Source of the DNA: a virus | Taxonomy: Duplodnaviria; Caudoviricetes | IMG/VR virus record: IMGVR_UViG_3300042905_004154 | Coordinates: 1,217-65,216 of that record | Length of the DNA stretch: 64,000 bases | Reading direction: 5' to 3' (one strand) | Part shown: piece after piece, positions 1 to 9,721 of the stretch | Layout: each line of letters begins with the position of its first letter | Position numbering within the stretch: the first letter of the stretch is position 1 | Position numbers and translations under genes: made by a program | Notes under the pieces: generated by a model | The model's input: the letters and a program-made list of their open reading frames with translations, nothing else | Databases searched by the model: none | Told to the model about the DNA's origin: nothing

Positions 1-7
1 CACATGA

Positions 8-245
8 GCGGACACTTCGATCGGCCTCCAACCTGCACAAGACAGTACGGACACATGTTGTCGAGGGTCGCCCTATAGGAGAGGTGGTCTTGTTGCCCTC
101 GGCCCCCCCCTTCATCCTCCTAAGAGACTTAGGAATAAAGTGTCTGTCCTGTCTTATCGGCGTTGTACCTACTTCTAAGTGTCTGTACATCTGTCTGCTA
201 TGTGTCTGTAAGTGTCTGTTAGGCATAGAAAGAGGAGAATACACA
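8..245. repeat. Candidate replication origin: iteron-like A(A/T)GTGTCTGT repeats in an AT-richer non-coding tract
   Basis: AAGTGTCTGT at 138-147, 177-186 and 210-219; ATGTGTCTGT at 200-209; imperfect inverted copies at 8-17 and 47-56; tract visibly more AT-rich than the rest of the window. Confidence 0.5.
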
Positions 246-305
246 AGTAGCTCACGACGGAGGGTCGGCGTCGAGAGGAATCTTCAACTATTTGTGCGCG
301 TACCC

Positions 306-334
306 TTGCGGGCTCATTTGTGCGCGCATAGTAT
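306..334 (+). promoter_or_regulatory. sigma70-type promoter
   Basis: TTGCGG-17 nt-TAGTAT, upstream of AAGGAGG RBS and ATG 378; ATTTGTGCGCG occurs twice around it (possible operator). Confidence 0.55.
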
Positions 335-377
335 GGTGGTGTGGGGAGCGAAACCAACCCCGCAAGGAGGAACGAAG

Positions 378-629
378 ATGACCACCCCCTACACCTTCTC
401 GATCTACTCCAACGGCGCCCTGGTCGAGAACGTCTACGGCGCAAAGGGAACGGCGACTCGCGGCGCCGCTCGCAACCTCGCCGAGGCGCTTTCCTTCGCG
501 CAGATGGCGGCCGATGCGGCGTGGCGCTCTCCCGCCCTGTCGGTGATGATCTGGCGCAACGGCCGCGTGGTGAACACCCCGTCCTCCTTCGACCTGCGGG
601 CGCTGACGTTCGCTCGGCGGGCGTCGTGA
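378..629 (+). CDS. Hypothetical phage protein
   Basis: Strong RBS (AAGGAGG) before MTTPYTFSIY...; GC3-biased codons. Confidence 0.65.
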   Translation: MTTPYTFSIYSNGALVENVYGAKGTATRGAARNLAEALSFAQMAADAAWRSPALSVMIWRNGRVVNTPSSFDLRALTFARRAS

Positions 630-998
630 GCGGCCCGGTGACGTGCGTCTGCGGGCGGCGGCTCCGCGCGGTGCCGCTCGGGGCGGCGGCGACCTTCGTG
701 GTTCGGCGCACCTGTCGCGGGTGCGGCGCGGCGTGGGTCATCGTGGTTCGCCCGCTGGCCGCGAATGTCCACCTACATGTCCATCAGGCAGACATGACCT
801 GCACCCGCGGCGCGCGGGCTTCGTCATGACCGGCACGAGCCGCCTGTTCGTGAGCGCGTGGGCGCGAGAGGCTCGCATGGCCGGGCGCTGGCGGGCGAGG
901 CTGGACGCTGCCCCAGAGTGGGCGCGCCGCATCTGCCGGAATCACGCGGAAGAGTGCGAGGCGAACGCTCGCGGCCTCACGTGGCTGTCGGTGTTCGG

Positions 999-1187
999 AT
1001 GAGAGGCCGCCCGACCACGACGGGCCGCGGGCGTACCGCGGGAGCGAAGGAGGCGCGGGCATGGCTCAACGCCGACGAGTGGGCCGCGCTCACCGCGAGG
1101 GTGGAGGCCGAGGGCGCGACCATGGGCGAGGTCGTGCGGCGTGCGATTGCCGCGTACCTGCGCCAGCACGACCAGGCGAAGCCGTGA
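999..1187 (+). CDS. Ribbon-helix-helix (CopG-like) DNA-binding protein
   Basis: ...ARAWLNADEWAALTARVEAEGATMGEVVRRAIAAYL is a typical RHH pattern; ATGA overlap with upstream ORF. Confidence 0.65.
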   Translation: MRGRPTTTGRGRTAGAKEARAWLNADEWAALTARVEAEGATMGEVVRRAIAAYLRQHDQAKP

Positions 1188-1495
1188 GCGAGGGCCTCGA
1201 TGAGCGGGCGGTGGCCGTGCTCACGCGAATGCTGGAGAGCCGCCGGACGCTTCGGGCTCTCGCTGGCGACCGCTACGCCGACAAGGTGGGGCCGATGGTG
1301 CGGCTGATTCGCGCGAAGGCTTCGGCGGATGGCACGGCCGATGGTTCGTCGGTGCTCGAGGCCGTCACGGACCTCTGCGCGCAGTCGGTCGCCAACGGGC
1401 ACCCCGGCCACGTCATGGGCTGGCTGGCGGCTGGCGTCGAGATAATCGCCACGCCCTCGCCAGATGTGGCCGCATGGCTGGAGGCCAATCCGTAG
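1184..1495 (+). CDS. Hypothetical protein
   Basis: GTGA-coupled to the RHH gene; converges on the D5 helicase. Confidence 0.5.
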   Translation: MSEGLDERAVAVLTRMLESRRTLRALAGDRYADKVGPMVRLIRAKASADGTADGSSVLEAVTDLCAQSVANGHPGHVMGWLAAGVEIIATPSPDVAAWLEANP

Positions 1496-1542
1496 GGCGA
1501 CGGCATGGAGCGCGCGTGGAGCGCGCGTGGGCAACCGCCGCC

Positions 1543-3237
1543 CTACCCCCCCTCGAACATCCCGCCTGCTCGCGCCTTGACGCGGAGGCCGAGTCCCTTC
1601 CAGCGCCTGCCGAGCTCGCGGTTGGGGTCTTGCTCGAAGTCGTGGCGCTTCATCTCCTGACTGAACCACTTGTGGGACTTCGGCCGGAGCCCGTTGTCCT
1701 TGGCCCACTCTTGGTAGCTGGCGAACATGGGCGCGTTGTCGGCGGAGAGCAGGGAGTTGACTTCGCAGCGGTCCTCGATGAAGTCGGCGAGCACGTCCAT
1801 CTCGCGCTTGTAGAACTCGCTGGCTTCGGCGACCGGCGCGGGGGGGGAGAGTCCGATGCGCCGCCACTCCTTCATGCCGTCGATGCACCACTTGAGGATG
1901 GCGGAGTACTCGGAGACGAGCTTCTTCGGCAGCTCGCGGTCGCGCTCTTCCTTCGGGATGCTGACCTCGAAGGGGACGAGGCGGAGGCGGCGCCAGATGC
2001 CGGGGTCGGTGCCGGTGATCATCGGCTTGTGGTTGGTCATCATCCACAGCTTGAAGATCGGGATGTAGTCGAAGAACTCGCGGTTGAGGAAGCGGGCGGT
2101 GATGGTGTCCTCGCCGGTACACATCTTGATGAGCCCTTCGTCCAGCTTGGCGCCCTCGTTGGGCTCGGAGCAGAGGATGAAGCGTGCGCCGGCGAAGGCG
2201 GCGAGGTCGTTGGGGATGGCGCCGGCCTTGCGCTCCATGAAGGTGGCGACCTGGGCTCCTTGTGCGTAGCCCCCGAGGATGGCTTTCAGGGTGTTGAGGA
2301 ACACACCTTTGCCGTTGCCGCCGGTGCCGTAGGCGATGAACATGCACTGCTCGCTGGCATCGCCGGTCAGGGCGTAGCCGGCGGCGCGCTGGAGGAAGGC
2401 CACGAGGCCGACCGCGCGAGCGTTCTCGGGGTCGGCGTAGGCTGCGTCGAGGTCTGCGGTCAGGGGGGCGAGGGAGGCGTCGGTCGGGTTCACGATGCGG
2501 GGTCCGCCCATGATGCGGAGGAGGAACGCGCGCCAGATCGGACAGTCGGTCAACGTGGCCGAGGTGGCGGTGCTTCTTGTGATGAGGTCGGAGCGCCGGG
2601 GCGTGTACCGCTTCGCCGTCCGCAGGTTGTAGGTGGCGTCGGGGGTGTTCACCACGAGGGGGTCTTTGTCCCATGCGTCGATGTCCACTGCGATCGTCGG
2701 GCGCGCTTGGAGCATCTCGAGCATGTTCCGCACGCCTCGTGCGCTCTCGCAGGCGTTGGCCCATGCGAGCATCTTCTTCCGCAGTTCCTTCGCTTCCTTC
2801 TCCTCCTTGTTGAGTACGAGGTGGCCGGCGTCGAGTTCAGGCGGGGCGCGGCGGCGCCACTCGCCGCTCACGATGTCGGTCAACTGGTAGACGCTGCGCT
2901 TGGTGTCTGGCTTCCAGCGGTGGCCGTCCCAGAGCATCCAGCCTTGCCCTGGCATGGCACCGCACCACCGCACGTCGTTGCCTGCGAGGCGCACGAGGAT
3001 GCGGGCGTTGCCGAGGTCGGTGCAGCGTTCGCTGTCGGTGTCGAGCAGGTCGACCACCACGCCGCCTTCGCCGTCTTCCGCGCCGTCGAAGCCCTCGTCG
3101 CTGCGGATCAGCTCGAGGCCCTCGCGGTCGTTGTCGGGCTCGTGGATGAGCTCCGCGGAGAGGAGCAGTTCGGCGAGGTCAACGCCTTGGGCGTACAGGT
3201 CGGAGATGTCGGTGCGCGGGGGAGCGAAGGGAGGCAT
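1543..3237 (-). CDS. P4-family/D5-like SF3 helicase (phage/plasmid primase C-terminal part)
   Basis: D5_N-like TDLGNARIL...WDGHRW; Walker A GTGGNGKG; ARFLNREFF and TNHKP motifs; C-terminal winged helix; start taken at MPPFAPP. Confidence 0.9.
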   Translation of the reverse strand: MPPFAPPRTDISDLYAQGVDLAELLLSAELIHEPDNDREGLELIRSDEGFDGAEDGEGGVVVDLLDTDSERCTDLGNARILVRLAGNDVRWCGAMPGQGWMLWDGHRWKPDTKRSVYQLTDIVSGEWRRRAPPELDAGHLVLNKEEKEAKELRKKMLAWANACESARGVRNMLEMLQARPTIAVDIDAWDKDPLVVNTPDATYNLRTAKRYTPRRSDLITRSTATSATLTDCPIWRAFLLRIMGGPRIVNPTDASLAPLTADLDAAYADPENARAVGLVAFLQRAAGYALTGDASEQCMFIAYGTGGNGKGVFLNTLKAILGGYAQGAQVATFMERKAGAIPNDLAAFAGARFILCSEPNEGAKLDEGLIKMCTGEDTITARFLNREFFDYIPIFKLWMMTNHKPMITGTDPGIWRRLRLVPFEVSIPKEERDRELPKKLVSEYSAILKWCIDGMKEWRRIGLSPPAPVAEASEFYKREMDVLADFIEDRCEVNSLLSADNAPMFASYQEWAKDNGLRPKSHKWFSQEMKRHDFEQDPNRELGRRWKGLGLRVKARAGGMFEGG

Positions 3238-3248
3238 GGCGGGTGGTC

Positions 3249-4235
3249 CTACTTGGCGGCGAGGGTGGCGGAGAAGCGTGAGGGTCGGACACGGTGAACG
3301 CGCCGGCGTGGGTAGTGGGCGGCGACCTTGGCGGCGTAGTCGTCGCCTTGCGGGTCGTCGTCGGTGGCGAGGATGAGGTCGGCGGTGTCGGGCACGACGA
3401 TGTGGGCGAAGGCTTCGGTGCCGCCGGAGGTGAGTCCGAGCACGACGATCGACGGGTTCGCGGCCGCCCAGCAGCTCGCGGCGAGCCAGTCGGTCAGCCC
3501 TTCGCAGACGAGCACGAGCGAGGCCTCGGCGATGGGTCGCTGGTTCCAGAACACGAGGCCGCGGGCGTCGAGGTTCTTGCCCCAGAGCGTCTTGATGCGG
3601 CGGCCGCCGAACTCTGGCGGCTCCACGACGGCGCGGCCATGGAGGTTGACCGCTCGGGGTTCCGCGGCTTGGGGCTGGTCGACGGGGTTGCGGTCGCGGT
3701 CGACGGGGGCGAACAACCATCCACGGGTCACCAGCCGCCATGTGTCGGCGCGGCCTTGCGGCCACCAGTCCGGCCACAGGTCTGAGGCTCGAGGGGGAGT
3801 GAAGCGCGCAAGGTTGGGGGGCACGTTGAGCAGGCGGCGCTCGGTGAGGAACGGGTCACCGCTCGGGCACGGATGGCACGCGCTCCAGAACGACGCCACG
3901 TCGGCGTAGCGGGCGGGCGCAGGCGCGGGGACGGGGAGAGGCGGGGCTGCTTCGCCGCACCAGCCACGAACGCGCGCACGCTCGTCCTGCGAGGCATCGC
4001 GCAGGCGCTTGCCGGTGAGGGCGTAGGAGAGGTAGTCGAGCCCATCGCCGACGGCGCTGCAGCGGTAGCAGTGCCAGCCACCACCTGGTCCAACGACCAC
4101 TGCACCCCGGCGGTCGTCTCGCTTCTCCTCCCCGCAGGCGGGGCACGGGTAGCCGCGGCGGGCATCTCCACCACGCCCAAGGCCGACGGCGACTTCGTCC
4201 ACCGTGCGGCGCTGCCTGTCGATCCACCCTGTCAC
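3249..4235 (-). CDS. DNA primase-like protein (Zn finger + TOPRIM)
   Basis: CPACG...WHCYRC zinc finger; VCEGLTDWLA and ATDDDPQG TOPRIM motifs; adjacent to the D5 helicase. Confidence 0.8.
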   Translation of the reverse strand: MTGWIDRQRRTVDEVAVGLGRGGDARRGYPCPACGEEKRDDRRGAVVVGPGGGWHCYRCSAVGDGLDYLSYALTGKRLRDASQDERARVRGWCGEAAPPLPVPAPAPARYADVASFWSACHPCPSGDPFLTERRLLNVPPNLARFTPPRASDLWPDWWPQGRADTWRLVTRGWLFAPVDRDRNPVDQPQAAEPRAVNLHGRAVVEPPEFGGRRIKTLWGKNLDARGLVFWNQRPIAEASLVLVCEGLTDWLAASCWAAANPSIVVLGLTSGGTEAFAHIVVPDTADLILATDDDPQGDDYAAKVAAHYPRRRVHRVRPSRFSATLAAK

Positions 4236-7200
4236 GGGGCCACGAACGTCGGGCGGTCGTAGGTGTCGTCGGCGGCGGCGTCAGGCGCAGGGGTGGACGC
4301 ATTGATGAGGGCGCGCCAACGATCGAGCAGTCCGCCTTCGGTGCGTTCGGTCGATGTGGTCGAGGTCACCGGCTCCGTGGTGGTCGACGTGGTCGACGTG
4401 GTCGACGTGGTCGAGGTCTTCATCGCCTCCGCCCATCCGCCGAGGAGAGGCGGTGCGTGCTGCCCCTTGCTGATCCGAAGCGACATGATCTTCAACTCGA
4501 GGATCATGCTCGCCTCGCCCTTGCTCAGCCCGGCGCGTCGAACGCCGAACTTGGCGAGCGTCTCGACCTGCTTCTCGCTGGCGGCAGCGCGCATCCACTG
4601 CTCGGTGTAGTCGCCGGGGGTCATGTCCGAGACGGCGGCTTCGCACTCGGCGAACGTGCCGACGGCGGCCAGTCGGATGGCCTCACCGTTGCGGCGCCAC
4701 GCTTCCCACGTCGTCTCGTCGCGGTGCCGGATCATGGCGGACTCGTCGCGGTCCTTCCCCTTGGCGACGAGGTGCTTGTGCTTCTTGCTGTCGGTGTAGG
4801 TGTACCAGCCGAGGCGCTGCCCCTTGGTGGGCTCCCCGAACAGGGAGATCGAGAACTCGTTGACGCCGATCACGGTGGGGTTGATGACGATCTCATCGTC
4901 GTTCGCGGTCTTCAGCGGAGGCTTCACGAGGAGAAGGTTGCGCGCCTCCTCTTCGACGGGCTCGCCGGCGACGATGCCGAGGTCGGCCGCACCCTGCTTC
5001 CAGAGCACCATCGCGGTGCCTTGCTCGTCGTTGCTCACCCAGCCATCGACGGACTCGACCAGGCCCTTGCTCTTCGCGGCATCGCGGCGGTGCCGGACCT
5101 CGGCGCCCGGCTCGATGCGCGGGAGGTCGGAGTCGGGTCGCGACAGGTCCGCAAGCGAGGCGAGGTCGTGGGTGTCGCTGTTCGCCACGAAGTCGATCAC
5201 GAGCCCTTCGACCTTTCCCGGCGCCTTGCGGGTGGCGCGGCCGACCTGCTGGGCGTAGAGCCCTCGGCTATGGGTGGGGCGCACGAGGAGCACGGCGCCG
5301 ACGGGCTTGTGGTCGAAGCCCTCGCTGAGCAGGTTGTTGTTGCAGAGCACGTCGATGGCGCCGGCCTTGAACGATCCGATCTTCCGGGTCCGCTCCTTGT
5401 CGGTGCCCCAGACCGGCTCGGCGACGATGCCCCACTTGCACAGCTCGGTCGCGAGGTTGCGGGCGTGGGCGATGGTGCAGGCGAACACGATGGCCTGCTT
5501 GCGAACGCCGCCGACGATGAGGGTGCGCGTCACCTCGGTCGGCTCGTCGCTCTCGCCCCACGCTTCGGCCACCGTGAAGTCGGAGCGGTCGCCGCCACTG
5601 ACGCAGTGGGCGACGTAGGTTTCGGCGACGACGCGGTTGCGGTCGGGCGTGTCGATCAACTTCTCGAGCGCGTCTTCGTCGTCGGGGTCCACGCCGGTCA
5701 GGTCGATCTCGGTGCGGACCTTGATGCCGCGGAGCGGACAGAGCGCCCCCTCGGCGATGGCGTCGGCGAGGCTGTACTCGTAGGCGAGGCGCGGGAACAC
5801 GAGGCCGAGGCCTGCGGTCTTGCCACCGCCCGCGTTGCGGAACGGGGTCGCGGTCAGGCCGATGTGCTTCCACTTCGGGTTGACCTTCTCGCACCTCGCG
5901 TAGACGGCCCTGTAGCTGCGGCTCGGGGAGTGGTGCGCTTCGTCTGTGATGACGTAGTCGAACGGGAAGCGGTCGAGGTCATCGAGGCGCTTGCCCTTCA
6001 TGGTCTGGACGCTGGCGAACACGGCGTGCCGGTCGATCTCGTTGAGCTTCGCCTTGACCTTGCCGGCGTAGAGCGCGGGCTCGATCGCGATGGCGCGCTC
6101 CATCACGTCGTTGATGAGTTCGTCCATGTGGACGAGAAACAGGATGCGCTTGCCGGCGCGGGCGGCCTTGACCACGAGGGCGGCAGCGAGGGTGCCCTTG
6201 CCGGTGTTGTGGGTGACCGTGAAGTCGTCGAGCAGGTAGCGGCGATCCCCGTCGAGCGCGAAGCCGTAGTAGTCGTCGCGCTCCAACATCTCGACACGGA
6301 AGCCCGTGCGAAGCACCGACTTGATCTGCCGCCGCGGCTCTGCCTTCTTCCTTTGGATACGGATCGGAAGCGCCGACATGTCTCCGCTGATGGAGACGCG
6401 CCAGTACACGCCGCCGCCGAACTGCGACCACTTCTCGGACGGCGTCATGTAGGCAGCGAAGCCGAGGCTTCGTGCGAGGCGCGTGACATCCTCCGCCAGC
6501 CCACGCCCCTTGGCGATCCAGTCGTAGCCGCCACAGGTGAGGTGGCCATCGCTGTCGATGAGCCCGGCGAGCAGGGCCATCCGATCCTGGCGCGGCCCGA
6601 ACAGGTACGCATCTGGAAGCCGGCGATGTTCGCCGATGCACCTGAGTCCGAGTGATGCCACGGCACGCACGAGCCGGTTGTTCGTGGCGACCCCGGCAGC
6701 GCGTGGTTGAACGATGCGCCACTGAGGAACCCCCGCGCCGCTGGCGTACTCACGAACGGAGAGCCCGAAGTGTGCCGCCAACTCCTCGCACGCCGCGCGA
6801 ATCTCCGGGTCGGGCTTCGTCACCGAGATCGTCCCGCCACCGAGCACGCCGTCGCCGATGAGCATTCCGAGGTGGTAGGCGTGGACGGGGCGCGTCTTGT
6901 CGGGCGTGGGCGGGTATTCCACGGCGCGACGAACCAGCTTGTGCAGGTGCTTCGCGTTCGGGCGCCACGCCAACCACTCACGCACCGTCACGTCAACGAG
7001 GCCGTCGTCAGCTTCGGCGCGGGTGTCCACCAGCGACAGCACATGGTCGATGTTGACAACCCACGGCTCGCCCTTGACGGGTACGATGCGGACCATCTGG
7101 TCGTGGCCGCGCGCCAGCGACAGCACCGTGCGGGGCGTGGAGTCCGGCCCCATCAGGCGGTCCCCCACCACCACGTCCTCAACTGCGACGAGGCGGCCGT

Positions 7201-7375
7201 CGTGCCGCATGATCATCTGGCCGCGCGCGTGGCACCCGGTGGCCGCGCTCACCAGCGTCTCGGGGAACTCGCGGAGGTCGCGCCGGATCGCGAGCATGGC
7301 CTCGACCTGCCAGCGGAGTGGCGTCATGCCGGGCGCGAGCGGCACGATGGACGGGTCGGTGAGGTTCATCTTCAT
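4232..7375 (-). CDS. SF2 DEAH-box helicase, intein-containing
   Basis: Walker A SAATG|TGKG split by the intein; DEAHH, GLTATP, LSEGFD and QQVGRATR motifs. Confidence 0.92.
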   Translation of the reverse strand: MKMNLTDPSIVPLAPGMTPLRWQVEAMLAIRRDLREFPETLVSAATGCHARGQMIMRHDGRLVAVEDVVVGDRLMGPDSTPRTVLSLARGHDQMVRIVPVKGEPWVVNIDHVLSLVDTRAEADDGLVDVTVREWLAWRPNAKHLHKLVRRAVEYPPTPDKTRPVHAYHLGMLIGDGVLGGGTISVTKPDPEIRAACEELAAHFGLSVREYASGAGVPQWRIVQPRAAGVATNNRLVRAVASLGLRCIGEHRRLPDAYLFGPRQDRMALLAGLIDSDGHLTCGGYDWIAKGRGLAEDVTRLARSLGFAAYMTPSEKWSQFGGGVYWRVSISGDMSALPIRIQRKKAEPRRQIKSVLRTGFRVEMLERDDYYGFALDGDRRYLLDDFTVTHNTGKGTLAAALVVKAARAGKRILFLVHMDELINDVMERAIAIEPALYAGKVKAKLNEIDRHAVFASVQTMKGKRLDDLDRFPFDYVITDEAHHSPSRSYRAVYARCEKVNPKWKHIGLTATPFRNAGGGKTAGLGLVFPRLAYEYSLADAIAEGALCPLRGIKVRTEIDLTGVDPDDEDALEKLIDTPDRNRVVAETYVAHCVSGGDRSDFTVAEAWGESDEPTEVTRTLIVGGVRKQAIVFACTIAHARNLATELCKWGIVAEPVWGTDKERTRKIGSFKAGAIDVLCNNNLLSEGFDHKPVGAVLLVRPTHSRGLYAQQVGRATRKAPGKVEGLVIDFVANSDTHDLASLADLSRPDSDLPRIEPGAEVRHRRDAAKSKGLVESVDGWVSNDEQGTAMVLWKQGAADLGIVAGEPVEEEARNLLLVKPPLKTANDDEIVINPTVIGVNEFSISLFGEPTKGQRLGWYTYTDSKKHKHLVAKGKDRDESAMIRHRDETTWEAWRRNGEAIRLAAVGTFAECEAAVSDMTPGDYTEQWMRAAASEKQVETLAKFGVRRAGLSKGEASMILELKIMSLRISKGQHAPPLLGGWAEAMKTSTTSTTSTTSTTTEPVTSTTSTERTEGGLLDRWRALINASTPAPDAAADDTYDRPTFVAP
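6206..7234 (-). mobile_element. Intein with LAGLIDADG homing endonuclease (~343 aa)
   Basis: Begins CHARG, ends FTVTHN followed by Thr(+1); block B VNIDHVL; LGMLIGDG and LLAGLIDSDG endonuclease motifs. Confidence 0.93.
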
Positions 7376-7854
7376 GCCACACCCTGAACGGCAGCGCGTG
7401 CGGCGCGGGTCGAGGCGTCCACCCTGACTGCTGCGACCCAGTCGCCCCCAGCGCACGCGAAGCCATCGGCTCGCACGACGGTGGCCGCGGTGCCGAGGGT
7501 GTACCACCGCCGCCACTTCCACCGGATGTCCGGCCACGCGATCCATGCATCACCGTCGGCGGTGCGGAGGTAGAGGCCAGCTACGCCACCGGCCGCCTCG
7601 AATGCGTCGAACGCCTGTGCCTGGTGCGGCTTCAGGAGGTGGACAGACCACGATGCCGAGCGCGTCGACTTCGCGTCGAAGAGGAGGGCGAGCGCATGGC
7701 CGTCCGTGAGCCCGACCGCGAGGTAGTCGGGGGGCCCCTTGGTGCGCCGGTCCTTCGGGTGGTTGCGCTGGACGTACCAGCCGGAGAGGCCGTGGTGGAA
7801 TCGGTCGAGGTCGCGTTCGAGCGCAGCGCCTGCTGCTTGCTGAGAGATGCCCAC
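7372..7854 (-). CDS. RecU-like Holliday junction resolvase (PD-(D/E)xK)
   Basis: PPDYLAVG...FDAKST...LKPHQ...GGVAGL motif spacing. Confidence 0.75.
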   Translation of the reverse strand: MGISQQAAGAALERDLDRFHHGLSGWYVQRNHPKDRRTKGPPDYLAVGLTDGHALALLFDAKSTRSASWSVHLLKPHQAQAFDAFEAAGGVAGLYLRTADGDAWIAWPDIRWKWRRWYTLGTAATVVRADGFACAGGDWVAAVRVDASTRAARAAVQGVA

Positions 7855-7990
7855 AAACCGCTCCGCGGGGGCACGGGCGATGCCGCAAACATCGCCCGTG
7901 CCGGGGTGGCCGTCCGCGTGGCGGAGTCGGCTTTGCGTGGACTCCGCCCGGACGTTTGCGGCGCCGGGAGAGGATGTGGGGAACGAGGAG

Positions 7991-8019
7991 AATCTACCAA
8001 GTCACGGCGCCGGGGTCAA
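7991..8019 (-). promoter_or_regulatory. sigma70-type promoter of the replication operon
   Basis: TTGACC-17 nt-TAGATT on minus strand, TG extension. Confidence 0.7.
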
Positions 8020-8465
8020 GCCTCCGTGCGAAGTTGCAGAACATGCCGCCCCACCGCCGAGAACCGCTCCACCCCCACCGTCGGCGTCGGCCCGAACAGC
8101 GCGTCATCGTTCCAGATCATGCTGAACCCCCGCCAGTAGTTGCCCCGGTCGAGCAGCACCGCAGTCATTGCGTCTCCGATCCGAACGACGCACCGCCTGC
8201 CGTTGTAGACCGCGGGCACGTTGACCCCCGCCTCCTTCGCCCCGGTCGGCCAGCAGCGGACTCGGCCGGCGTGGGCGAACAGACGGTCGAGGTGCTGGCG
8301 ACACCGGATGCGCCCCTGCACGTCGGCCGGTGCGTTGCCGGCGAGTTCCCACAGCCTCGCCGCGATGTCGCGCGCCGCGTGGGGTGGGAGGGTGACGTTG
8401 CCCACCTGGATGTCCCCGTTCGGGAGCGCGGTGGGCACCATCGTCGCGAGGGCGATGGAGGTCAC
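8016..8465 (-). CDS. Hypothetical protein
   Basis: GGAGG then GTG; coherent ORF in the leftward gene run. Confidence 0.5.
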   Translation of the reverse strand: MTSIALATMVPTALPNGDIQVGNVTLPPHAARDIAARLWELAGNAPADVQGRIRCRQHLDRLFAHAGRVRCWPTGAKEAGVNVPAVYNGRRCVVRIGDAMTAVLLDRGNYWRGFSMIWNDDALFGPTPTVGVERFSAVGRHVLQLRTEA

Positions 8466-8547
8466 CTCCGCACCACCGTGGACGCGATGCGGTCGAGCGA
8501 CTGCTCGGCGACCTTGCCGCGGTTGGCGTGCGAGGATGGGCGGCGGC

Positions 8548-8943
8548 TCACGTCGAACCCTTCGACGCAATCGAAGAGTTGGGCTCCGCCACCCGCACAT
8601 TCAGCCCCTTCGCCCTCGCCAACGCCACACATCCAGCCGTCCCGGCCCCACCGGGGAACGCGACTACGATTCCGCCGAGGCGCGCGCAGAGTTCGACCAT
8701 CACCGCGTTTCGCTTGTGCCCAGCCGCCTTGCCGTAGTTGTCCCACAACGCCGGGACTTCGCAGGTATGCACGCCGTTGGTCACAGCCCACGAGCGCGCC
8801 ATCTCGTCGGCGCCGCGCGCGCCGCCCTGGATCACGAGGCCGGGGCCGATCTCCATCAGCACGCGGGAGACGTTGGCGCGGTCGGCGTAGTCGCGACCAC
8901 CCGTGACCAGCACGATGGGCCGCGGGGTCAGAACGGATTGCAT
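8548..8943 (-). CDS. SLOG/YspA-like (DUF2493-type) nucleotide-binding protein
   Basis: VLVTGGRDY...IQGGARGAD...YGKAAGHKRN...VAFPGGAGT. Confidence 0.85.
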   Translation of the reverse strand: MQSVLTPRPIVLVTGGRDYADRANVSRVLMEIGPGLVIQGGARGADEMARSWAVTNGVHTCEVPALWDNYGKAAGHKRNAVMVELCARLGGIVVAFPGGAGTAGCVALARAKGLNVRVAEPNSSIASKGST

Positions 8944-9412
8944 TGACAGTCCCCCACCAGCCCTGTGCCGAGTCCACATTGCGGGCACCGCCAGTTCCGC
9001 GCGTGCTTGCGTTCGGCCTGCATCGCCCGCAGTCTCCGCAGCCGACGCTGCCAGGAGTGTCCACCCAGCGGCGCCCCCACCGGGGACAGCGTGCGTGCAA
9101 TGGCCCGAATGGTTGTCCTCGTCGGCTCGCGCACACGGTCGATGGCCAGCATGAGCGCGCGCCCCTTTCGGTCGCCGTGTGGGTAGCCGGTCAGGTAGCC
9201 GTGAGCATCGAACACGCGGCACCCGTCGAGGTCGTAGTCGTCGTGCCAGAAGTCGTCCTCGGCGCACTCGCAGGGCGAGGCACCGCAGGCGTGGCAGTCC
9301 TCGTCCTCGTCATGGCACGAGCAGTCGCACGGGTCCGCCTCACCGTCGTGCAACGGTCGGCCGTAGCGGATGCGCGCGCAGTCGTCAGCGTTGGGGGAGA
9401 TGCAGGCGCAGG

Positions 9413-9721
9413 TCATGGTCCCACCTCCATCACGAGCGTCCGCAACGCCGCGCGAAAGCACACGCGCACCCAGCTCGCCGCCGCGGAGTCGCCCAGCCCT
9501 TCTGCGTACACGAGGCCATCCAACGCCTCCTGAATCGCATCGGCCCGAAAGTCGCGGCCGTTGTCGAGCCCGAGCGGTCGCCCGTACTTCGCGATGCCCT
9601 GCTCACGTCGAGCGGCGAACAGGGCGCGCAGTGTGGCGTCCTCCTCGCGGGCGATGATGGTGGCCCACAGGTCGCCGGCCTCGTTGGTGGGCGGCGGTTG
9701 TGGGGTGAGCAGGTCAGACAT
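9413..9721 (-). CDS. Putative all-alpha NTP pyrophosphohydrolase (MazG-like superfamily)
   Basis: RREQGIAKYG...NGRD..ADAIQEALDGLVY pattern. Confidence 0.55.
   Translation of the reverse strand: MSDLLTPQPPPTNEAGDLWATIIAREEDATLRALFAARREQGIAKYGRPLGLDNGRDFRADAIQEALDGLVYAEGLGDSAAASWVRVCFRAALRTLVMEVGP

Noticed and set aside
4377-4415. GTGGTCGAC 9-bp repeats
   Set aside because: In-frame TST linker expansion in the helicase tail
7915-7965. c-di-GMP-I riboswitch resemblance (GCAAAC...ACGCAAAGCC on minus strand)
   Set aside because: Pairing does not fit the GEMM P2/P3 architecture; kept only as an unassigned structured leader
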